Of a DNA stretch of 64,000 nt, positions 1-10,673 are shown one piece after another (positions within the stretch are counted from its first letter, which is position 1; the number at the start of each line of letters is the position of its first letter). The translations under genes and the position numbers were made by a program. The notes under the pieces are model-generated. The model was not told the origin of the DNA, did not search any database, and worked only from the letters and a program-made list of their open reading frames with translations. The stretch covers positions 112,158,001 to 112,222,000 of the forward strand of contig OX597823.1 of the NCBI GenBank assembly GCA_951406725.2. The letters run 5' to 3'. The stretch is from Octopus vulgaris. Taxonomy: Eukaryota.

Positions 1-2
1 TC

Positions 3-207
3 ATCATCACAGTCGTGTCTGCCACCGCTCCTTCTCCAGCTTTGTTACAAAAACATTTCTCCAGCTCAGTAAATGGGAGATGTTACCTTGATGGTAACAG
101 TCACAACAATATTGTCAACAACGGTCATGCTACCATAGCAACTGTTTCACCCATTAACCTCCATTCAGGAAACTCCTACTTTATGTGGTGATGGTCATAA
201 TGGAGAG
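3..207 (+). CDS. Possible host-gene coding exon (partial, S/N/H-rich); uncertain
   Basis: Frame 3 is open from the window start to ~188 (IITVVSATAPSPALLQKHFSSSVNGRCYLDGNSHNNIVNNGHATIATVSPINLHSGN). A GAG|GTTTTG donor-like site at 207/208 is in a different frame, so an indel near 170-180 would be needed. No recognisable domain. Confidence 0.2.
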
Positions 208-884
208 GTTTTGAAATGTTATTTTGTTTTTTTGTTGGAGGAGCAGAAAATGTCAGGCACAGGATGAAAAATGTCACTCCGCCTCCACTGCCACCGTCAC
301 CACTACCCCTCTTTCTCCTCCTCCTCCTCCTCATACTACTACTACTACTACTACTACTATTATCTTTTGGTGTTGTTTTGTATTCATGATATCACTTCAC
401 TTTTATCAACTCTCTCTTCCCTGCTCTCCCTACCAACATAATTTCTGTGAAGATTATATATACATATATATACATATGTATATATATATATCTATCTCTC
501 TATATATATATGCATACTCACACACACACACACTCACACACACACAGCACTTACAGATCCCTGTCAAAACCTTTACATTCATCAACCTTTCTCTACCCTA
601 CTAGACATCTTTTTGCATTCCCCTCTTGGGGAATGTGAAAAAATTTTATGAGGAGTAAAGGACCATTTCTTTCTCTCTCCTTTTCCATCTCCTTCTCCAA
701 CCCTCTTCCTTCACCTTTTCCTGCCATTCCATTTCAACCCATCCCTCATATTTACACCCTGTCCCCTTGCTCTGACCTCACTAATACAACAAACCTTTTA
801 ACTATTCAACACTCATCAATCATTATGTTATATTTGTAAAAACATGATTTATTCCTAAAGAGGACATTACAATTTATTCTTCAG

Positions 885-1079
885 TCTAGAAATAACTTGG
901 TTCCTGGTTCAAATCCATCCACAGAGAATCTTCTTCAAGCAGCTTCAACCAAAATGCATCTGAATGATGAACCAGGAATTTGCCTCCCATTAGAATTGGA
1001 AGATCTTCAGATTTATCTTGTGTCTTTGCCAATAGCATCAATGAGTAGAAGTGAACTTCGTCCACTCTTAGAATGCTAA
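885..1079 (+). CDS. Possible terminal coding exon of an unidentified host gene
   Basis: Polypyrimidine acceptor TTTATTCTTCAG ends at 884, followed by an in-frame non-repetitive peptide SRNNLVPGSNPSTENLLQAASTKMHLNDEPGICLPLELEDLQIYLVSLPIASMSRSELRPLLEC*. No family recognised. Confidence 0.25.
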   Translation, partial: SRNNLVPGSNPSTENLLQAASTKMHLNDEPGICLPLELEDLQIYLVSLPIASMSRSELRPLLEC

Positions 1080-1228
1080 AGTCTGATACAGTATGTTGTT
1101 CATTCATGAAGACTGCAGCGGCCACCAAAGAACACTCTGCATTGAGCAATAATAGTTGATATTGGTAGAATTTGTCCACAAATATCCTCAGGTTTTGTTC
1201 TCACAAATGAAAGGTTTTAAACTCTTAC

Positions 1229-1940
1229 AAGAAAGTAGCTTGCTTACGAACGATATGGTTCTGGGTTCAGTCCCACTGCGTGGCACCTTGGGCAAGTGTC
1301 TTCTACTATAGCCTCGGGTCAACCAAAGCCTTGTGAGTGGATTTGGTAGACGGAAACTGAAAGAAGCCTGTTGTATATCATCGTCGTCGTTTAAGGTCCG
1401 TTTTCCATGCTAGCATGGGTTGGATGGTTCGACCAGGGTCTGGTAAGCCAGGAGGCTGCACCAGGCTACAGCTGGATGCCCTTCCTAACGCCAACCAGTC
1501 CATGAGTGTAGTGGGTGCTTTTTACATGCCACCGGCACAGGTGCCAGGCGAGGCTGGCAGTGGCCACGATCGGTTGGTGCTTTTTACATGCCACTGGCAC
1601 GGAAGCCAGTCGAGGCGGCACTGGCAACGGCCATGTTCGGATGGTGCTTTTTATGTGCCACTGGCACTGGTATCACAACTACAATTTCCATTGATTTTTT
1701 TATATATATGTATGAGTGTGTATATTTTTGTGTGTCAATGTTTGTCCCCACAACATCGCTTGACAACCGATAGTGGTGTGCTTATGTCCTCGAAACTTAG
1801 CAGTTTGGCAAAAGAGACCGATCAAATAAGTACTAGGCTTACAAAGAATAAGTCCTGGGGTCAATTTGCTCGACTAAAGGCGATGCTCCAGCGTGGCCAC
1901 AATCAAATGACTGAAACAAGTAAAAGAGTAAAAGAGCAAA
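1229..1940 (+). mobile_element. tRNA-derived CORE-type SINE (family S1), split by a nested S2 element
   Basis: B-box GGTTCAGTCCC and CORE-like GGCACCTTGGGCAAGTGTCTT in the head. The 3' half resumes at ~1741 and ends GACTGAAACAAGTAAAAGAGTAAAAGAG. Matches intact copies at 5623, 8663 and 48708. Confidence 0.85.
1379..1690 (-). mobile_element. Short retroposon family S2 (GGCACGTAAAAAGCACC triplicated unit, RTE-like 3' end, (GAT)n tail)
   Basis: The reverse complement has three ~63-bp units, then GGTTGGCGTTAGGAAGGGCATCCAGCTGTAG and a GATGAT tail. Repeated at 6977, 7510, 11341, 24195, 36750 and 40540. Confidence 0.8.
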
Positions 1941-2139
1941 AGAGATTGAAGTATTTATCAAGAAAACAATCTGAAAGCTTTTTTCTCCATAGCCCAGGTT
2001 TGAACTCCATAGAAAAGACTGTTCTCTAAATATGCTTTGAAGGAGGTAAGTCATGTGAACATTGAAATATTTAATATTTTAAAGCATGTTACCAGCATTT
2101 TTTTTGCATGTAAAAAAATGTTTCTTATTGATACCACGT

Positions 2140-2392
2140 GTATCATCTCTTGTGAAAGGTAGAAGAGTCCAGTTTGCTAAACATTGTTGTAGAGCTGAAA
2201 ACAAGGTAATTTCCACTCTTCTCCTCTGCTCGCGATACCAGAGGGTGCACACTCTCCTACCCTGATGTAATCTCCAGGGATACGGGCATCCAGCAACAGG
2301 ACCTCCCTAATGCTATGATGGCCTATGAAGTCTGGCGTAGCATGGTAAATTCCATTGTCTTGACCACGGTCGAGCAATGATGATGATGATGT
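2140..2392 (+). mobile_element. 3' end of an RTE-group LINE (decayed)
   Basis: Translation RRVQFAKHCCRAENKVISTLLL...TLSYPDVISRDTGIQQQDL..AM...VWRSMV resembles the RTE ORF C-terminus (RRLxFAGHxxR...WR). Ends in (GAT)n. Confidence 0.65.
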
Positions 2393-2469
2393 TCAAGATG
2401 AAAGCTGTGTCTGCTGATGGCTCTAAATTGAATGAATCAGAATATAAAACAATTATATTTTTTTTTGTT

Positions 2470-2981
2470 TTTTACTAGTTTCATTCATTAGACTGCAGTC
2501 AGTCTGTGGCACCACCTTGAAGTATTTTGGTTGAATGAATCAAACTCAGTACTTATTTTTTCATTTATTAAGCATGCTGCTTATTCTATCAGTCTCTCTT
2601 GCTGAACTGCTAAGCTATGAGGTTGTAAACATGCCAACACCAGTTTTCTAACAGAGGAGGAGGGGGGATAAACACAAAAACAAAGATGCACACCTACTCT
2701 CTCACACACATAGATTCTCACACACACCCTCTCATACATCCCCTCTCTCTCTCTCTCTCTCACACACTCTCTCTCTCTCGCTCTCTTTCACACACTATCA
2801 CACACACATATATATATTTGACAGGCTTGTTACGGTTTCTGTCTACCAAATCTACTCACAAGGTTTTGGTTAGCCTGAGGCTATAGTAAAAGGCACTTGC
2901 TCAAGGTGCCATGCAATAAGACTAACCCAGAACCACGTGGTTGGGAAGCCAAGTTCTTACCTTACAGTCACATTTGCTCCT
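2470..2981 (-). mobile_element. S1 SINE, diverged copy with internal (CA)/(CT) microsatellite
   Basis: TTTCTGTCTACCAAATCTACTCACAAGG and ACTTGCTCAAGGTGCC match S1 on the minus strand. Confidence 0.75.
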
Positions 2982-3235
2982 ACACTTGGGTTAAAAATTC
3001 CTATATTTGTTGACTCACCTGCAAAGTTATATATCTAACAATAACTCAGCATGTATGCAGATAAAACTATGTAGTTCAAAAGTTTTTTCTCAAAGATGTA
3101 AATTTTTAGGTTTGATTCTACCACTGTGCAGTACTTTAGACAAGAACCTTTTACTATTTTAAGTAAATTAAAGTAATGAGAATGGAATACACTGGACAGA
3201 TGGAATATATTGGACAGAATGGAATCCTGTTAAAG

Positions 3236-3546
3236 CAGGGGTTCTTAACCATTTTTTTTTTAATCTATGGACCCTTTTTGAATACTATTTTATTCTGGTG
3301 GATTCCCATAATCATTTGATGTTTAAAAACTAATTTTATAGAATATTATTTATTAATATTTTCCCCTACATTAATTTGTGTACATTGAACTTTGTAAAAT
3401 ATTGCAGAAATAAATCTAGCTGTTTCTTGCAATATATACGAATATCTATGTCTAAAACCCTTAAAATACTATTGTGGATCCCCAGCTTACTATTTTGTTA
3501 TGTGAACCCCCAAAAATCTGATGTGAGCCCTGGTTGAGAATCACTG
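3236..3546. mobile_element. hAT (Charlie-like) MITE
   Basis: TIRs CAGGGGTTCTTAACC ... GGTTGAGAATCACTG. 8-bp TSD TGTTAAAG / TGTTAGAG. Internal GTGGA(C/T)CCC subterminal motifs. Confidence 0.8.
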
Positions 3547-4484
3547 TGTTAGAGGGACCATACTAGATATTTTGGAGAGCTTTCAGCATGAGGACTTAGG
3601 TCAATTTCAGAAATACTAGGCATGGCTGTGATAATGGTTTAAGGTAAAACCTACAGCAAACAAAAGTATAGTCTTTTGGACTTGTCCAAGGAGGGCACAA
3701 ACTGATGAACCCGATTTGTATGCACTCATTCATTCTCCAAGCAACAATGTTGGCATTTATGCTGGATGGCAGTTGCTACATTGACAAATCTGATTCTCAG
3801 TCAAGTCCATTGTGTGAATCACTGTATCACCTTCCTTTGGCCAAGAGGAGCGGAGGATTTTCCTTTTTCTGGTAGCTTTGAAAGAGTCGGTATATGGGGG
3901 ACAAGAACGAAAGGACCAAAGATAGACGTATTTCTCTTTGGAATATACATCATCTTTTTCAAGTTCCATTTGGAAAGGAATATAAAAATGGTGAGAGAGA
4001 TGCTACTCTTCAGTGAACTTGCTAAAGGATAGGTGAGATTGGCAAGAATGGCCCTTCTCAAATGAGACCACTATGGCACTGAAGACAGCTGGGTGAGAAC
4101 ACTCTCTTTAGTAATCAGGTTAATACTGAATCTGCAGGCGCCCTTGATAGGGCCCTAGGTGGCATTCTCTGTCTCTATTGGTGTGTCTCATGCCATTCTA
4201 TTGGCTTCTGTGCCAGTATTTTCATAATCGATTCAGCAAAATCCATTCCATTCTTGTAATTTGCAATGTCCCCTTATTTGTTGCCATTCTCACAAATAAT
4301 ATAAAACCTCCTTCTCCTCTCCCTCATCATCATCATAATCATAAATATCATCATCATCATCATCATTATTATTATTATCTCTAAAATCTACATCATTTTC
4401 AGAAACTTTGCTTTTACACATACACACACGTGTCTGTATGTATGTATATACATATGAATGTATGTATATATATACACACACACA

Positions 4485-4516
<32 letters not shown>

Positions 4517-4698
4517 CATACACCTACACATATACACTTACACATACATGTACACATACATGCAAAAAAGTTTGTTTAATATACATAGATAGTTGATAGA
4601 TTGACAGTCACATAAACCTACACAAACGAACCTTTTAAATGATTTACCTCTTTCTAATCTACACACATAAATGTCTGTGGGTGTTAGCTCTCACTTTT

Positions 4699-4729
<31 letters not shown>

Positions 4730-5539
4730 TTTGAAAGAAAGAGAGAAAGAACGAAAAACAGAGAGATATAAGTACAAAGATATTTGAACACACACACACA
4801 CACACACACACTCACACACACACACACACAGAGTCCGTAACATCCTAACACGAACATAATGAAGACTGTCTCTTCTAGTCTCTTCAGAATTCTACACAGG
4901 TTTTTCTAGTAAATTATCTTTGCATATAATCCTCTTCTCCTCCATTTTCTCCCCCTCTTTTCCCCCTCTCTTCCCCTCTCTCTCACCCTCTCACTCTCTC
5001 CCTCTTTCCCTCTTCTCACTTGTCGGTAATACCTGTTGTCAGAAACTACTACTACACAAAAAAAAAAAGAAAGAAAAAAAAAGAAAGGAACCCCCACCCC
5101 CACCCCCCTGCTCCATCCACCCTTACCTGACACAGCCACTGAAAACCAATTTCTTCATCAGCTAATCATAAAGCCTCGGCTCTCCAAACTCATCACTCAT
5201 CTAAATTATTATCTCAGCCAACGTTTCTTTCCCGTCTTTTTCTCCAGTCTCCTTGTTGCATATAAAAAGCTGCATTATTGATCATCACTATTATAAATAT
5301 CCTATAACTCTTGCCTCTGTTTTACTAATTACCCTTAATTCCTAATGTCCGTTCGTCCACTTGACCTAACCTCGCTGCTGCTCTTTTAACTCTTCCAAAA
5401 TATTTGTCCTGTCAATAATTAAAGATTTTCAAACTATTCATCTTTTGTGTGTTGCCTTTTAAGACATTCCGATCTGGTTTCATTTTCCATCGCCATCATG
5501 TGAGATTGCAAAATATTTACACACGAGTATGTATGTGGA

Positions 5540-5577
<38 letters not shown>

Positions 5578-5585
5578 CATATATA

Positions 5586-5622
<37 letters not shown>

Positions 5623-5624
<2 letters not shown>

Positions 5625-5994
5625 TCTTTACTCTTTTACTCTTTTACTTGTTTCAGTCATTTGACTGCGGCCATGCTGGAGCACCACCTTTTAGTACTTA
5701 TTCTATCGGTCTCTTTTTGCCGAACCGCTAAGTGACGGGGACCTAAATACACCAGCATCGGTTGTCAAGCAATGCTAGGGGGACAAACACAGACACACAA
5801 ACACACGCATACATATATATATACATATATACGACAGGCTTCTTTCAGTTTCCGTCTACCAAATCCACTCACAAGGCATTGGTTGGCCCGGGGCTATAGC
5901 AGAAGACACTTGCCCAAGATGCCACGCAGTGGGACTGAACCCGCAACCGTGTGGTTGGTTAGCAAGCTACTTACCACACAGCCACTCCTGCGCC
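5623..5994 (-). mobile_element. Full-length S1 SINE inserted in (TA)n
   Basis: The reverse complement begins GGCGCAGGAGTGGCTGTGTGGTAAG (A-box), has GGTTCAGTCCC (B-box) and a CORE-like segment, and ends CAGTCAAATGACTGAAACAAGTAAAAGAGTAAAAGAG. TA tracts on both sides. Confidence 0.9.
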
Positions 5995-6117
5995 TATATA
6001 TATATATATATATACACATATATATATATACATATACATATATATACACATATATATATATACATATAAATATATACATATATACCTACATACCTACATA
6101 CATATATATATATATAT

Positions 6118-6295
6118 AACGGGAAGGTTTACGAAAATAAACAAAAGACGAGGGCAGGGGGAGTACAAACAAACAATTGTATTAGTATGGTGCTCAGGAA
6201 TAGAAATAGACAAAGTCTTTTACGTTTCGAGCCTACGCTCTTCGACAGAAAGATACACAGAAAAAAAACAAGGAGAGAAAAAAATGCATGTAGGA
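6118..6295 (-). mobile_element. Short non-autonomous PLE-like element (family H-A) with hammerhead-like motif
   Basis: Homologous to 34535-34790 and 40913-40972. All three copies share the same 3' end against (TA)n with variable 5' truncation. Confidence 0.7.
6216..6253 (-). ncRNA. Minimal type-I hammerhead ribozyme-like motif, A6U core variant
   Basis: Reverse complement: TCTTT-CTGTCGA-A-GAGC-GTAG-GCTC-GAAAC-GTA-AAAGA. Stem I TCTTT/AAAGA, stem II GAGC/GCTC, palindromic ACGT stem III, GUA site. Confidence 0.6.
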
Positions 6296-6300
6296 ATATA

Positions 6301-6598
6301 TAGTGAAGGCTTAGTGGTTAGAGCATTTGGCTCACGATCTTAAGGTTGTGAGTTCAATTTGCGGGGACACATTGTGCCCTTGAGCAAGACATTTCATCTC
6401 ACATTGCTCCAGTCCACTCAGCTGGCAAGAATGAGTAGAACCTGTATTTCAAAGGGCCAGCCTTGTCACACTCCGTGTGAAACTGAATCTCCCTGAAAAC
6501 TACATAAAGGGTACATGTATCTGTGGAGTGCTCACCCACTTGCACATTAATTTCACAAGCAAGCTGTGACCCTTGTGATCATAACCGAAGGAGTGCTT
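6301..6598 (+). mobile_element. tRNA-derived CORE-type SINE (family S3)
   Basis: A-box GGCTTAGTGG, B-box GAGTTCAATT, CORE-like TGTGCCCTTGAGCAAGACA. A second copy lies at 24745-24990. Confidence 0.75.
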
Positions 6599-6626
6599 CT
6601 CTCTCTCTCTATATATATATATATAT

Positions 6627-6952
6627 AAAACAATTGCAGCGTGGAAGGTGTTTATAAGGCATTTAAGAAACACACAAAAACCATTAGATTGACTTCAACA
6701 TTTAAATTTAATTTGTCAAAATATTTTCAGCACTTTGAGACCACGACCTGTTCATGGAGTTTTGTCAGTGAACAGGTCGGGGTCTCAAAGCGATGAAAAT
6801 ATTTTGACAAATTAAATTTAAATGCTGAAGTCAATCTAACGGTTTTTGTGTGTTTCTTAAATGGCTTTTAAACACCTTCCATGCTGCAATTGTTTTCGTT
6901 CCAGCACACAGTCTCAGATCAAGTAACTTGCTATGCAAGTACATCTCAGTAA
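6627..6952 (+). mobile_element. Non-autonomous PLE-type insertion: inverted truncated pLTR + pLTR + 3' tail, in (TA)n
   Basis: ~128-bp inverted repeat (6627-6754 vs 6769-6896, 14-nt spacer). The right arm extends 56 bp further. TA tracts on both sides. Contains a hammerhead-like motif. Confidence 0.65.
6761..6811 (+). ncRNA. Type-I hammerhead ribozyme-like motif with C3G/G8C swapped core
   Basis: TTTGTCA-GTGAACA-G-GTCG-GGGTCTCAAAG-CGAT-GAAA-ATAT-TT-TGACAAA. 7-bp stem I, stem II GTCG/CGAT, palindromic stem III AAATATTT. Confidence 0.6.
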
Positions 6953-6976
6953 TATATATATATATATATATATATA

Positions 6977-7345
6977 TCATCATCATCATTTAACGTCCAT
7001 TTTCCATGCTGGCATGGGTTGGATGGTTTGACAGGAACTGAACACTAGAAGAGCTGCCCAGGTTTCATGTCTGTTTTGGCACGGTTTCTATGGCTGGATG
7101 CCCTTCCTAATGCCAACCACTTTACGGAGTGTGCTGAGTGCTTTTACACACCACCAGCATGGGTGCATTTCTCTGGCACTGGTATGGGTGCTTTTTACAT
7201 ACCACCAGCACCGCCCAGCCAGCAACATTAGGAATGCTCAGCTGGATACAGATGCCAGGGACAAGCCTGTATATGAGGACGACAATGCTTTTACTTAGCT
7301 TCACATGTTCAATGTGTCTTTCCAAGGACAGCAATTGTGATCATT
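6977..7345 (-). mobile_element. S2-related retroposon (long form)
   Basis: (CAT)n tail, GGATGCCCTTCCTAATGCCAACCAC and GGTGCTTTTTAC units. The 5' extension is homologous to 7390-7530 on the other strand. Confidence 0.7.
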
Positions 7346-7389
7346 TTTCTACAGATGTTGGGACACACAGAGGGGTTGACAGGGGACTG

Positions 7390-7710
7390 AGATACCTAGT
7401 GGTTTGTTGTGCTTGACAAGACACGTCAAGCCAAGTTAAACCATGGTTGTTCTTGTATATAGGCTTGACTCCTGCATCTGTCTCCAGTTGGACATTCCAT
7501 ATCTTACAGGCTGGTAGGTGCTGGTGGCACGAAAAAAGCACCCATAACGATTCCACAGAAATGCAATCATGCTGGTGCTATGTGAGAGCACCCAGTACAC
7601 TCTGTGAAGTGGTTGGCATTAAGAAGGGCATCCGGCCATAGAAACCATGCCAAAACAGACATGAGGCCGGGGCAGCTTTTCAAGTGTTCAGTTCCTGTCA
7701 AACCATCCAT
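7390..7710 (+). mobile_element. S2-related retroposon (long form), inverted relative to the 6977-7345 copy
   Basis: GGTGCTGGTGGCACGAAAAAAGCACCC ... GTGGTTGGCATTAAGAAGGGCATCCGGCCATAGAAACC. Confidence 0.7.
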
Positions 7711-7747
7711 ATATATACATATACATATAAATGTGTGTGTGTGTATG

Positions 7748-7782
<35 letters not shown>

Positions 7783-8662
7783 CTGTGTGTATTAGTACAG
7801 CAGTACAGCATGCCATTTCCAAATTTCTGGCAGAGTGAATTGCGTTACAGTGCTATTTTTCTCACAGACGGTGCCCAACTGACCCTACCATACTGTGTAG
7901 CCAACAAAATCAATAACAAACAATGCATATACACAAAATAAAAAATATAAAGTGGCAACAATTTACCCATCACATGGTATAGGTGTATATAGATAGATAC
8001 ATATATAAATATACATATATAATGTATGTATATATGTATATATATATATATAAATATACATATATAATTTATGTATATATATATATATTTATATATAAAT
8101 GTGTGCATGCATGCATGTGTGAGTGTGTACTGTTGAAATTAACAAAAGCAGAAAATACATTGATATTTCAGATAACTTGCTTTCTCTTCTTTTGTCCATT
8201 TCAACAATTTGAGGTGGTTCTTACTGTCTTATAGCCTGAGCCTATATCTTGATGCTTCACAGACTGCATTATGTGAGAATGTATGTTTAACAGAGCTGAA
8301 AATTGAGCCTTAATTCCAACAGTGCATGTCACACACACATTCAACATACTCTTTACAATCTTGATCAATAATTAACAAACAGAAAAAAAAATTAAATAGA
8401 AACTTTGAATAATATTAGCTGAAACTACACTTTTGCTGAACAGAAATATGGAATGGTTATTGCTGGAATTACTTTTGATCATAGATGTTCTCAATTAGGG
8501 ATGGCCTGGAGCTTAACTGCAACAGCATATGGTATCTAATTAAAAATACCTCAATGGAGAAAGGTCAAATTTTACCTCATCAGGAACTGAACTTTGAACA
8601 ACCACTTTATGACACTATAGAGGGTGACTGGCCTTCAGTGAAACCAAAAATCCCAGTCTGAT

Positions 8663-8890
8663 TCTCTTTACTCTCTCTTTTACTCTTTTACTTGTTTCAG
8701 TCATTTGACTGCGGCCATGCTGGAGCACCACCTTTAATCGAGCAACTCGACCACGGGACTTATTCTTTTGTATGCCCAGTACTTATTCTATCGGTTTCTT
8801 TTGCCGAGCCGCTAAGTGACGGGGACATAAACACACCAGCATCGGTTGTCAAGCAATGCTAGGGGGACAAACACAGACACACAAACACAC

Positions 8891-8921
<31 letters not shown>

Positions 8922-9087
8922 CATATATACGACAGGCTTCTTTCAGTTTCTGTCTACCAAATCCACTCACAAGGCATTGGTCGGCCTGAGGCTATAGCAG
9001 AAGACACTTGCCCAAGATGCCATGCAGTGGGACTGAACCCAGAACCATGTGGTTGGTTAGCAAGCTACTTACCACACAGCCACTCCT
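8663..9087 (-). mobile_element. Near full-length S1 SINE
   Basis: Colinear with 5623-5994, including head, internal (CA)/(TA) tract and GTAAAAGA tail. Confidence 0.9.
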
Positions 9088-9499
9088 AACCATTTACAAC
9101 GTGTACTTGGTGATTTTTCCCTTTTCTTTTTGCATTTCCTTTTTGCAGTGGGAGCACTAGTTAGTGTATGTGGGGGTTCACATGTAGAACATGAAGCAAA
9201 AAGAATTAAAGCGTGATGGAAAAAAATGAATTTATTGTTGTGAGAAAATGTTTGCAGAGGAAGTAACAGAGGGAATAGTATTAAGCAGGAATGATGGAAG
9301 AGACAAGAGGGAGAAGAACCATCCACAACCAAATGGTTTGGATGGTTCATTAAGATCTGAGTCAGTTTTTAATGAAGTTACACATATATTTTTGTGAAGA
9401 GAGCTGTAGTGGAGGGACCAACAAAGACAGTGTTAAGAAAAGGGGTTATAGAAGGGAAAGCGAAGTAGTAGTGTCAGGGGTTAGTGAGAGTTAGTGATA

Positions 9500-9736
9500 T
9501 ATTTCTTTATTGCCCACAAGGAGCTAAACAGAGAGGGGACAAACAAAGATAGACAAAGGGATTAAGTCGATTATATCGACCCCAGTGCGTAACTGGTACT
9601 TTATTTATTGACCCTGAAAGGATGAAAGCAAAGTAAACCTCGGCAGAATTTGAACTCAGAATGTAACAGCAGAAGAAATACTGCAAAGCATTTTACCCAG
9701 CGCGCTAACGTCTCTGCCACCTTGCCACCTTAAATC
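9500..9736 (-). mobile_element. tRNA-derived Meta-domain-like SINE (family S4) with 14-bp TSD
   Basis: The reverse complement has a GAGTTCAAAT B-box and CTTTCATCCTTTCAGGGTCAATAAA...GTACCAG (MetaSINE-like). TSD GAGAGTTAGTGATA at 9486-9499 and 9737-9750. Confidence 0.85.
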
Positions 9737-10542
9737 GAGAGTTAGTGATAGGGACAGTGGGATGGTTAAACAGGAAACGCTGCAGTGCTGCCCCATGTTA
9801 TACAGGGTTCAGTAGGGTGGTGCATAAATGAGAAATAAGATAGATGATAATAAGGGGTCAGGGTGTATCCTCAATGTAACATCACCAAGAGAGTATAGCT
9901 AGTGAAAAATCAGGTGGGGGTCGGGTAAAGTTTGTCATAGTGCAGTCCCTCCCAATCAGCATCATCGCTTGAAAGAATAGCAGAAAAGGGATAGCAAGGT
10001 ATGGGTGGTGGAAGTAGTGGAAGTGAGATGTTCAATACAAATAGATTAAATGATTTCTACTTAATTTTAGGTGGCATACAACGAGCAGAAGAGATGATTT
10101 GGAGATGAGAGTGTATAGAAAACACGCAGGGTATGAAGATCTGAAGGCATAGAATATGCAACAAGAAGGGGAAGTGCATGCACTATGTAGCAGACAAGCA
10201 GGATGTATGCACTATCCCACAATATTCAGCATTTCAGCAATCTTGCATGGGGAACCAGGGCTCCTGCAGCACCATATATAGCCAATCAACACAGTCCTCA
10301 ATCACCTTTGCTAGAGATAAGATCTTGCAATCGTTTACCACCACCTCATTCCAAGTGCTCCTTAGTTTTCCTCTTCCACATATACCATTCTCTGTGAGAG
10401 CTTATTTGCATGGTTAATGAATTTAATTAGCAATGATATGGTATCAGGCAGCACCTCACCATCTTCAGACAAGTGAGCCTTTTCTCATAGCACTGGGCAA
10501 ACTAAAATCTTGTGAGTAGATGTAGTCAATGAAAAGTACACA

Positions 10543-10613
<71 letters not shown>

Positions 10614-10641
10614 GCATACATACATATATACATACATACAT

Positions 10642-10672
<31 letters not shown>

Positions 10673-10673
<1 letters not shown>

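Noticed and set aside
1500-1670. CRISPR-like repeat-spacer pattern (GGTGCTTTTTACATGCCAC x3)
   Set aside because: The same spacers recur in other dispersed copies (11465-11625); eukaryotic context and no cas genes. It is internal structure of a retroposon.
3740-4290. Complex sequence with several short overlapping ORFs, possibly a decayed LINE ORF1 or an exon
   Set aside because: No motif I can assign with confidence and no consistent splice sites.
4860-4890. Minus-strand CTGAAGA followed by a GACT/AGTC hairpin
   Set aside because: No GAAA or NUH after stem II, so not a hammerhead.
5900-5994. tRNA genes suggested by A/B boxes (also 6301, 23150-23232, 34977)
   Set aside because: These are SINE heads followed by SINE bodies and tails; no complete cloverleaf or acceptor stem.
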